Of a stretch of DNA of 64,000 bases, positions 40,941 to 52,472 are shown piece by piece. Where the stretch lies: the NCBI RefSeq assembly GCF_000150275.1, contig NW_002060949.1, positions 4,744,753 through 4,808,752 on the forward strand, written 5' to 3'. The notes below the pieces were generated by a model. The model was not told where the DNA came from. It worked only from the letters and a program-made list of their open reading frames with translations, and searched no databases. How positions within the stretch are numbered: the stretch's first letter is position 1; each line of letters starts with the position of its first letter. This stretch comes from Trichoplax adhaerens. Lineage: Eukaryota > Animalia > Placozoa. The position numbers and the translations under genes are program-made.

Positions 40941-41602
40941 TACTGCGTACCGTTTTGGGGCTCAATAAGCAACGAAAGTAGATAAGTTTGTGGAATTTAT
41001 TGTAAGAACAGTCACGGAATAAGTAGGAGTTGCAAACATAAGTATCAGAATACTGTTGTTAATAGGATTTAACAGGGTATGTAACGAGAAGATCGCGAGG
41101 TCTTCTTTTTCCTAGTTTGTTGTAAATGAAGTTACGGTTGGTTTTATTGTAATAAAGCTTAATTCGGTTTTTAAATCCAGTTAGACTGATTTATTGTGGA
41201 TCCTGTAAGAATTGGCTTTACTACCATAACATCCATAGTCTTGCTAGTAGCATGCAAGGTATAATAGCCAATATTCCCATATACAGTACAGTATAAGACA
41301 CTGAGGATCTTTATCAATCTACATAATTGGCATAGTCCAAGTTTTTCCACACAATTGTTGCAATATACAGGTGCTGTACCATAATGTACTGTACGTCGAG
41401 AGTCTGATTAATACAATGGCACCCTGAAAAAATAAAATTCTGCAAGTTAAATGAAGCCAAAACTAGGTCAATTCTATATGTAATCGTAGCCTAATAACTC
41501 ACAAATGCCGTTCTACGGGTACCTATAAATATTATACAGGAATTTCAACGGAATACAACTTTCATTTTTGAACAACTGGCTGCCATCGAAAATAATATAT
41601 TC

Positions 41603-41860
41603 ATACTGTAATATTAAATACTGCAGTCCTGTACAGTGTACAGTGTACAGTATATAGACTGTAGGAGACTACAGTGTACAGTACTGTACACTCACTCGGT
41701 GTACTGTACACTGTACAGCATGTGATACAGGGAATGGACAAGAACACGTCATGGCGACAATACTGTACACTATAATATTGTACTATACAGTATAATGTCC
41801 TGTCGTAGATCATACATTAAGCACTGTAGATTAGGACTGTACAGTACAGGTACAGTACCG
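41603..41860. promoter_or_regulatory. TACAG/CTGTA low-complexity palindromic array immediately upstream of the POLDIP2 start codon
   Basis: Dense tgtacagtgtacagtgtacag, cagtactgtacac and ctgtacagtacaggtacagtac, ending ~55 nt before ATG 41914. The start context AAGATGGCG also matches the YY1 consensus. Confidence 0.6.
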
Positions 41861-41913
41861 TGCACTCTTCAAGCGCTACCAGGACGCTCGACGAAGACAC
41901 CAGTGGAATCAAG

Positions 41914-44900
41914 ATGGCGTTGCTTCGCCTTCTACGTCCTTCAACAGTAATGTTGAATGCAAAAGGAACGCTATTGCCTGCTTCTCGTCTATGTCGAAAG
42001 AGGATGCATAAGTAAGCCTATACTTGTTTCCAGATATTTTATTCCACTGTACAAGAATAGGATAGCTACATTTCATGCATATTTCGATCACTGTGCCAGG
42101 TGTTGAGTCATCGTATCCATTCAACGCTACATTCTATGTCGGGATTATCTCGATTCTTTTTACATTGTGTCCTTTGCAATTGTGTAGACTGTATTGCATA
42201 ATTTAGATGAAATGATATAGATTAGCAATATTTGTAGGCCAAGAATTGAGAAAAGAAATTTAGTAGTGACTACGTTACAATCGTTATCGACGATCATGCT
42301 GTCATGTCGTGCAATTACCAAGTGTCAAGGATACACTTAGTAAATCCTGGTGGTAGACTTCTGCATGCTATTTTTCTACTAGCAATATTGAAATGATTAT
42401 CTCGTCTTGCTGGCGTTTGCATAGGTTAAGTAGGAAGCCAATATTACTGTAGTGCATTACCATCAGCAATGGCCAGTTTGGAAATTAGTTACTATGCTTA
42501 TTGAAACCAAATTTCCTAGGTAATTCATGAGGTATTCCTTTACTGCATGCTTTACGAAATAACTATAAACACGGGGTCCGTTTTATTTCATTGACCAATA
42601 AGATTATAATATTTATTCGAGTGAGATCTGTTTAGCTCAGCTTTATCCAAAGCTACCCTTACTACTTTCTAGTTCCTTTTAATTTATAATTAGATAATAA
42701 ATACTTTCTCTGGCCGATAATATACTGCAAATTGCAGGATAATGTCATAATTTATTGCTTTAAATGCATTCTAATAAAATGTTACCTAGATGCAAGTAAT
42801 GTCGCTTTCTATCACTTTACAAATCTAAAAATTTGCAAATTATCTTCAATTAATATAGCAGTCAAATTTATTCTCTCTGAGATGATTACAAAAATCAATT
42901 TGCTTTGCACAGATTAGCTACTGTAGGGGTTTTAACATCACCAAAGGTCGATGACCATTATCAACCTGGACAAGTAAGTTAATCTTAATTACGCTAAAGT
43001 AGTACAGTAAATTATTAATACAAATCGATCGTTTAACAAAATTTATCTTTGCGAATATGAACTTCATTATTAGTCGTCCTAAAAGTACTGCAAATACGCG
43101 TACTATTTCCTACACTTGACAATCTTATTTACTGCTAACTGAAATTATCTATGATTTCTTCATCAGTTGTTCCTTCATCGGTTCTTTGGCTATCGTGGTG
43201 TCGTGTTATATCGATGGCCAGCTAACTTATATGATAGAGATGAAGAAAATATTGTGTTAGTTCAACATTATATTAGTGCCGGGCATGTATATATTGAAGT
43301 TTATTATAGTAGGGTATAACTATAATTTACATCATACTGTCTTAGTCTAGCTCAATATGCGTAATCTTTATATAACTAGAATAATATGTAATTTTCTTAA
43401 CGATAAATCTTAGCTAAGCTAATTGACCATCTTTTCCAATCTAGTCATACTAAAGAAAAGGAAGGAGATCATCAACCTGAAAAAGCAATTTATTATCAAG
43501 TTCTAGTTGACCAACGAGATGCCCCTCATGTTGTAAGTAAATTGTCACATTTATTGACACTACACAAAAGTTTGCTTGCGTACCACTATGTCTAGTTATA
43601 TGAGGCATTTTTATAGTATATTACTTCCAAGAAGAACTTATAATTGTATTATCTTATCTAGAAAATGCAACGTGACAGTATTACGTTCCTAGGAAATAGT
43701 GCAGAAGAACCGCTATATTCTTTACCAGGTTTGCTAATTATTTATTATGCCCTTGCTTTACTCCTCCAACCTTATATTAATAAATCAAACTATGGCATCT
43801 TTATTACTAATTAAGAAGATTAAATCAATTCCGTTATTGACTGTGCGCTAACTGCGAATATTTTTACTATAAATACTCATTTGTTGACAATGTTATGTCT
43901 TGTTTTATAGGATTCGATTACTTAAGTCACGATGACGTCCTACCTTATAAAACTGTGGATAAGCAACCAATTAAACATAACTTTTTCAATAAATTTTTTG
44001 AAGTTGATGAAAGAAATGGTAAGTTATCGTTTATATCCCAAAATTTATACTATCTTTGTACTATAGAACATAAATTAAAGAATATTTATCAATTGAAATG
44101 CTACAAATATGTCATTTTAACTGTCTTGAAGTTTTTCCAAGTGTGATTATATAGTTGAAGAGCATCTAAACATTCATTATAGGTTCGATATCTTTCAATC
44201 CAAGAGAGTCCCTGAAATCATGGCACGACAAAAATCATCATTTTTTGGAATTGTCAGCTGTTTACCGTTGCGTCACTAACGATCTACGAGTTACTGTATT
44301 ACCATTCTATATGGGATCTAGGGTAATGCTGTGCTACTTGATTGATTTAATCCTATATTTAACTGATTCTTTGTCCTAATTAGTATGTTATCTATCTTGT
44401 ATATATTTATTGTAAACAGAAGGTATAAATAGTAGTGATTAAATGAATTATGCGTTACACTGCATAGATGAATAGGGAAGATAACGTAAAAAGTTATCAA
44501 TCGCAATTTTTACATTATATTTAATAGAATTTTGTTACCAAAGAGGAAGATGTACACTATTATTGGGTAAGATCGTTAATGGATACTCATAACCCTGATG
44601 ATATTCTCGATAGCATTCTAATTATAAGAAATGTTTACAGTGGAGGTACTGCGTGAGAATTGAAAATCTAGGGACTATCCCTGTTAGATTGATTAATCGC
44701 CATTGGATTATACGAAGCGGTAATAATTTAGAAGAAGTACACGGACGTGGTGTTGTTGGGATGGTATGCTATAATCGCTACTTTAATCCTTTTTTAGCTT
44801 TACGTAACAATAACAAGAAATAGATTAGTTATACTACCTTGCTATATTGAATGGAATAAATCAATTCTCTGCGTTATTTTCAATTTCCTCATAGATGCCA

Positions 44901-45235
44901 GTACTTAATAAGCAAGAGCCGGCATTCCAGTATAGTAGCCATATTTCTTTGAAGTCATCTAGTGGGCACATGTGGTAATAATTAAAGTACTGTTATGATG
45001 ACTGTAACGGTTTTTCAAATAGTATTGTACTACACTCTATTTTTTATCCTAGATTACTGTATTCTTAAGAATTGACTTTTCATACATGAAGAATCTTGAT
45101 GCTTTTAAATCAACTTTTCATTCGATGTTCTTCTATCTCTATTTCTTAATCAGGGGAAATTTTCAATTCGATAGATTGGATGGCTTAGGAAATATTTTCT
45201 GTCGGATACCGATGTTGAACTTAACTAGTAAATAG
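41914..45235 (+). CDS. POLDIP2: Polymerase delta-interacting protein 2 (YccV-like + ApaG domains), 11 coding exons, N-terminal mitochondrial-type presequence
   Basis: Exons 41914-42011 (MALLRLLRPSTVMLNAKGTLLPASRLCRKRMH, phase-2 donor aa|gtaagc), 42913-42973 (LATVGVLTSPKVDDHYQPGQ), 43167-43255 (LFLHRFFGYRGVVLYRWPANLYDRD), 43445-43532 (YYQVLVDQRDAPH), 43662-43728, 43911-44018 (GFDYLSHDDVLPY), 44183-44322 (LRVTVLPFYMG), 44528-44566, 44641-44763 (WRYCVRIENLG...RHWII...VHGRGVVG), 44895-44974 (PAFQYSSHISLKSSSGHMW), 45154-45235 (stop TAG). All phases are consistent. Confidence 0.95.
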
Positions 45236-48200
45236 TAGTATACCATATCAAAGGCGATGTATTATTTTCTTGTTTATTTACAAATTTACCAAAGTGTAAA
45301 AATTAGAAATGTACGTTGTGTTGATGAGACAACACATTCGCGATCGCGTCTTGGATTAGAGTTTTCCTCATTTTAGTAAGTATCGAAATCTGCGCAAATC
45401 CATCGTGCCGTACATGCTAGCATATGACTGAATGCAAAATAAGTATATAAGGATTATTCGATACACTTGAAAGCTGTGCTGCTTCTTAATCTCGATTATT
45501 CACTTTTAAAAACTTCATATTTATGCGTTTTATGCCTGTCAACATTATTGACTTGGGTAAAATTTTTGATTAATGATATTTAACTAAACAGTTATTCCTT
45601 TGGGAACATTACCTCATAGCGATAAATCGTTGATAGTGATATCAAGGACTGTTTATATACTAGGTAAAGATGCGCCTTATGCCAACTTTAAGTTGAAGAA
45701 TATGACTTAAATATGTATAAAGCACTTACATCTCTATAACTGAGAATATCCATCATATGAACAGAAGCATTTGCTTATCTTGAACATTAGATATTCGATT
45801 AAAGTTATTTCTAGTTAAATATATGTTTTATTATCTTGCGGGGTCAATGTGTATAATATCATAAACACAGAAAGAGTGTGTTATCATTTCGTTATAGTGT
45901 CATTGTTGCCTAAATTAGATTTGAATAAAGAGTAGAATACCAGATCGCACGTTTCTATTTATACAAAAAGTTATTGGTAGAGATAATACGTACGGTACTC
46001 TTTTTGTATAGATATTCTGTGCAAGCAGAACACTAATAACGCAATTACAATCTGTATACCAATGCAGTACAATAAATCGAATACTGTATATTAACAGAAC
46101 AAAAAGTACTACCAATACTACCTAATATAGCAATACTGCAGTATAGAAGTTATTCATATTACTGAATTTCCACATGTTATAGATGCATGAGCTATACTCG
46201 TACACCACGTATTTCCCTGTAACATTATAAATTATATCATTATGCTATACAATATATATTTGCCTACGTTCTTATGAGACTCATACACGATTTGCATCAT
46301 CGGCTTGAAAGTGCTGTATATTAGCCGTATAATCAATTATGATTTAAGTTCTATCATAATTTCTATACCTGCTCTTTGTCTCTCAAACGCGGCTCAATCT
46401 TCTTGTCACTTATTTCTAATAAATGATTCTATCTTAGTTTTGTCACCTTTCATCCTTCACTGAAGTTGATGTAGGAATATTTTACAAAGAATATCGCTTA
46501 TACTTTATGCGGCATACGTAATTAATCAAACTGGATCTCATCTAAAGCTTATTGTAATAAATTATTGATAATCTTCCTATGATAGATATTTTTAACTTGG
46601 AAAATGCTAACCATCTTTTATAATAGTTATTTATTTTCCTCTTCACTTCTAATTTTGATGCGCTATACAGTATTTCGAGGTAAAATAACCTGCTATATTT
46701 ATTTTTATAACGATATCCGAAATTATAATGAATGTTACAGTGACACTGAATAAAAATTCCCATTACACGACGACCTGAAATTTATCTATTGTCTTCAAAT
46801 TATTAGATGTAAATACTTTACGTCTACGTGTGTATCCTGTTAGACAGGTATTTACTGATTTCAAAATGGTCTAATTCATATTCCCAAACGTATCTATCGT
46901 AATGCCCTGTTGCCAGTATTAACCAAATGAAAATATCTCAATTATAAATCCGGTTTAAAAACGATTTGAATACAGGTGCCTTTAGGTGGAACGCTGATTA
47001 AGGATATCATGTGTAGGAGTGGGCAAGTTTTGCATTTACAGTCAAAATGATAAAATGTGTTTGTCAAGGCAATCAGAAGCTATCGAATACATCGCCGCCT
47101 GGTACTATTGTAGTCTAAGAGTAATTAATCATGTCAATAGAAGTGCTTAGATTTAGTCTACACTAACTACCAATAATAAAGGAAATTAATGAAAATATTG
47201 TTGGTCCATTGTAGCGCGCTTTAAAATTTATCATATGAATATAGAAGATTTGGCATACAGGAGTTGGTAGTAACTACTAAAATATGCTAGTAACAGATCT
47301 TAAGTTATGATCGCATCACAGGATAATTAGTGTTAATTAGTAATTAATTAATTCATTCTACTTCTATCTTAATCTCGATCTTATCGCTAAATGTACGCAT
47401 ATAAATCAGATACTTTTTATAAAAGCTAAATGAGAATATGCCTATCAGATGGCATGAGCATTTTCTTCAAGGTTTAAAAACATGAATATCTTATTCTTTA
47501 TGCACAGCAGCTTTAGATGAACTTTCGATACAATAGAATAATAGCTGCAGTATATGTATTACATATCGTTTAAGCATTCACCAAACTAGTTTACTCTCTA
47601 GTTGTGGGTGGGTGAGTGGGAGATATCAACATTTAAGCGTCGGTGTATTACTCATACTGTCAAGTTACTTTCTGCTATTATAGAAAACTTACTCCATACC
47701 GGTTTTTAATTACTATGTCAATCTTAAACCTTCTGCGACGAGATAGGGTTTAATTATTCAAATACCGGTATCGCCGGTACTGCTTCTTATGAAACTCGTT
47801 TTCTGTAACATAAAATAAGCATCTAAAAGTATAGCTTATATTTAATTATCTATGAAGTATATGCTCAATCAACTCCAGTCGAAGCGCGGAAAAATATTCA
47901 TTACTTGCTGAGAATTACATCATCATTATTACCATAACTCCCTTATATGGGAGACTAGGATAAGCGAGCGATTGACTAAATTCAAAAGTTTAGTCTTTTA
48001 TTAAATGCCACAATCTGTATGTTTTATTAAAACAAAAACAGTTTCCTTGAATGAATTTTAGCATTACTGTAATTAGTAAAAGTAATTCTCGGTAATATAG
48101 ATTTTTAGTGGTCAACAAACTGTTTGTTCGATCTTGAATTACATACTTACCGGAGTGCCATATGTATTATTTACATGTTTTCAAAGTTAGGACTTGGAAG

Positions 48201-49485
48201 TATCAACAAGATCTATTCGACCCTAAGTATTACCTTTAGCATATTGACATAGTTACACTAATGGAAGTGAAATTTTGACTGCTTCTGTTCCATTACATTC
48301 AGATAATCTTCGGTTACTAAGAGTAACATGTTTGAAATATTTTGATTTTTCTATCACCTTTTTATGCATTATTCTCTTTATTTACCAGACTCTATAAGTC
48401 ATTATAAATATTAATGCCATATATATTTTAATGACGAATAGCATTCTATTGTACATAAACATATCGAGTGGTAAGTTATTAATATGCTAAAAGAATATTA
48501 TAATAACAAATACAGACACGTAAGTAGAGTAACTGCTCTCTTTTGTATCATTCCAACAGTCTTGCATTTAATACTTTGATTTTTCCCGCAGGTAACTCAC
48601 CTGATATTAAACATCCAATAAGATACAATATTTATATTTGTATATGTATATGTTTGGGTTATTAGTCTTATAGTCTTACGAGCTGAACTTTTTAAGTAAA
48701 TTATTGCATAATTACTAGGAGATCGTTATGAGAAATTGCTATTTCACAAATTTTAGTTAGTTTTGGATCGGATTTAGGTGATGTAATTTCGTATATCATT
48801 GTCTTAAGCCTTGTATTACTGTTATTGTACTACTACAGCATCGTAAATTATTCGCAGAGAATTTGTTCTTGTTAGTCAAATTAACTAAATCTTGCTAATT
48901 TGCAATAATATTCTCTCAGCTTTACAGTAACTACACAAAGAATGAACAATAATAAAATTATAGTCATGTTTTATAAAGCCCAACTGCCAAATTGTATGTG
49001 GGAGTTAGTTTCAGCTAAATGCCAATGTTTTAGTTATTTGAAGTGTAATATAATTAATCAATAAAGCTATTAGTATACGTAATATCTGAGATTTGTATAG
49101 AATTAAATATTCAGCATTATAATATTCTTTATGTTTTTTGATACAAAGTGGGGTAGAGATGATATCAGTTGTATTTTGTTATTAACTAGAAATTTTGTCA
49201 AACGTTTGCTAGATTATATTTTCGTCAAATATGAGTACTGCATTTTTGCTGCAAGCTATTGTTACTCTAAGGTATATATTAAACTAATTTTAAAGATATT
49301 CTAGTATCTTTAATCATTATCTCTGTTACTGCTAATCATAAAACTATATTTATACGCGTATTCTTGTAATAGAGGTACACGGAGATATTTCCGGGTCTTC
49401 TCCTATCTCGAACTACTTATCAAGATCAGTTTTCCGAGACAACTATGAACTTTTTTCTTAAGTTTTACGGTAGAAACAACATAGA

Positions 49486-49535
49486 NNNNNNNNNNNNNNN
49501 NNNNNNNNNNNNNNNNNNNNNNNNNNNNNNNNNNN
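49486..49535. other. Assembly gap (50 N)
   Basis: Run of 50 n; true gap size unknown. Confidence 0.99.
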
Positions 49536-52472
49536 TTTGTACTCTACTTTAGAATACGTTAGAGTACGCATAGAACACGAGATTAATCACGGTCGAAATA
49601 CGACGTGACCTTCGAGTTCTCTTATAATTAAATATCCAACTGCTGTAATTTACTTACCCTTACCAGAAAATGAACTAATTTTATAATCTATAACCCTGAT
49701 AACAAGTTATCTACCGCATAGCAGTTAAAATAGGGTATTTATACTACATGGTAGCATTTAAAATATTGATACTGCTCTAAAATATTAACGCATTTTCAAA
49801 GATTTCCCTGCTAGGTAGAATGATCTATTTTCTCAACTATTTATTAACTTATATCATATAAGAAATTATTGAATAATTTTGTATTTTATATCCTAAGAAT
49901 TTACCTTATTGTAAATGAAAATATTATGTTAGTGTCATATTTTTTCTTCCTACCAATTAGGTACAATTTCACATTGTAGATAGATGCTATCTGTTACATA
50001 CAACAATTATAAGTACTCAATTAATTACAGCTGAAAATTTTGACCTTCAGACTTTAGACTTTGTACATATTTCGGTATTTTACACTTCTAAATTAAATTA
50101 AATATTTCATGAAATGAACTCTTTAAAATACTTCTTTAAATGTTATCATAAATTTAGTGATTTAAAACTATTTCAATCTGTATAGACTAAGATTTATTGT
50201 CACATGTTGAATTTAGAAAGCATAATGATGAAAATGTCTTTCGAAAGAGTTCTTATCTATATCTACAAATTAATTTATATAGCTATTATTATTCTTTGTT
50301 GCAAGCAATAAGCTGACATAATTTTTTAAAGTGTATGTTGCCCCAGATAATCTGATTCATAGCTATGATTACGGAAGGTTGATGAATTTACATCGTACTT
50401 TACCTTTTAAACGAGGCTATTCTATCTAGTGTATGAAATTACTATCTTGCTTACACTATGTCTTAGGCAGTTCCTTAAATTTGATTAAAATTGTTTACAT
50501 TGTTCTAATGGTGATTTTGAGTACAAGTAAAAGGAGAGTTGATGCCCGTATTGGGCCTAAAGATTCGATTACTTTTAAATTTAGGGATTAATACAGTACT
50601 GCATTAATTAGCTCCTTATCAAGGAGTATAAAATTTTAAAAGAGTAAAGCAGAAATACGGTGCCAAATACGGTATCTAGTTATGGCATTTCTAACTCCTA
50701 TGTTTTCAATTCTATTAGATCTTTTTTTATCCGTGCGATAAAAATTTATGCAGTTTCGATACTTTGCAACAGTTAGATTGCATGATGATGATGCAACAAG
50801 ACAATTATTAACCAGTCTAAACTAACACTCGATATAGTTTAATTGTCAGTTTGAACAGCTGACAACTTTATCTAAGATACTGTTGTAAATCGTGTTATCT
50901 CCCTAAATTTGATATTATTATTTGCAATACAAAATAAATAAAACGACGGTCTTTTCTTCGATATTTTAGGGCTTAACAGGTACTATAAGACTATCAAACT
51001 ATCGGTAAAAATTGTTCGGATAATTGAATATGATTAAATCACAATCTATTGACATAATTTGTTTTGGAAGAGAAAAATATTTTACTATTGGTCAATCAAG
51101 GATAAATTTTCGTAGATCGTAGGTGATTGATGATGTATTCGCAAGATTACGTGTAAGCATCTTAAGTTTTAATACCGTATAAAAGATGGTAGTAGTAATT
51201 ACCATGATTAAGATCTCTTCTATGACTTTCACTCGAGAGATGATTAAGTTGCTAGCAGTAAGCAGATTGTACCTAAATTATTATTACGTCTATTAAAATT
51301 CAGTCCTATCACCAGGACACCATTTTGGGCGTATGTATTAGTCTTGCTACTTCTTAACTTATTTCTTCAATAACCAAAACAAGTACGTAAATAACTAACC
51401 AGGTAATCAAAATTAGAATACAACTCAAGTTACTCTCTTAATATGATCAACTATATAATAAAAGACGACAACCGATCAATTTCATGCCTACAAGTACGGT
51501 AATATACAGTATTTATTTATTTCCTTATGAAAAATTCTTCAATTTTTTATATTATAACTGATTAAATGTGTCATGTTGCTGATGAATGTTCTGTGTATGC
51601 ATACTAATAAGGTATAGGCTGGTAGTGATCTGATTATTAGGTGGGTGATAAAAAAACCTTTGTCAACAAAGACATGGAGATGCTTGACATCAGAGATATT
51701 AAAGAACACCTCCGTACATAAATATTGAATAGCGATGTAGTAAATTGTCTTTCTTGATTCAATAATTGACACAGTCATATGCTTGGACAATATGTTAGAA
51801 TCACTACCCGTCGTGCATTAAAGCCTAATTGATTAGTTACTGTCAGATGATCAATTATTCAGTCAGAGAATTGGTGTGACGCAGCAATGCTCTAATATTA
51901 CTGGTAGTCTGCTGAAAGTTCAAATTGTTATGGTAATCTACTTCTTTAAACAAATGATGACCTTAGACAAGAGAACGAATACGTACTTAACAATGTATTG
52001 CAGTTTAGGCTACTGGTCAATTAATTACTTGGTACGACGGGTGCAGATATAACAATGATTGAATGCGAAGACGATCATTATAATAACTATAATCACATCG
52101 GAATAGGAGAATAGAATAAAACATCGAGATAGTATTGAAAATAGTTCATACACAAGTTGAACAGGTAAGAAAGCAACCGAAAATTCAGATAAAAATCATG
52201 TAAACATGGGTTATAGTTTCAAGTAGGAGTACTCTAATAAGAGAAAAAATAAAAATAAATAAAGCGACTAGTATATATGTAGCTTATCTTTTAGCTAATG
52301 CCGTAAATTTTTTATTGTTGTTACGTATATCCTGTTAATTTTACATCTCTATAAGGGCTTGATGTAATAGATTCGTGATGATATCTTTACAGTATCATCC
52401 CCAAGTGTACTCGTGCTTGCTATTTTTCTGCAAGTCAATGATAATAAATATTTACAACGTAATCTAGAGATC

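Noticed and set aside
41601-41813. 70-aa ORF rich in Y/C/T/V, and the similar 100-aa ORF at 62746-63048
   Set aside because: Translation artefacts of the TACAG/CTGTA arrays.
41909-42199. Minus-strand frame GHNVKR...PT*...PGTVIEI...ILVQW...NKYRLTYASSFDI resembling a MIB/HERC2 domain
   Set aside because: Its C-terminal half is the antisense of POLDIP2 exon 1 and its splice donor (YRLTY is the complement of gtaagcctata), and it has an internal TAG; most likely coincidental.
42380-42810. Alternative POLDIP2 first exons (e.g. MIISSCWRLHR near 42393; ORF 42732-42917)
   Set aside because: Exon 41914-42011 has a better start context, a consensus gtaag donor in the required phase and a convincing presequence.
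45300-52000. Short ORFs and scattered splice-like signals between POLDIP2 and the SLC6 gene
   Set aside because: Candidate exons tested contain stops in all frames or cannot be chained; a gene cannot be fully excluded because of the gap at 49486-49535.
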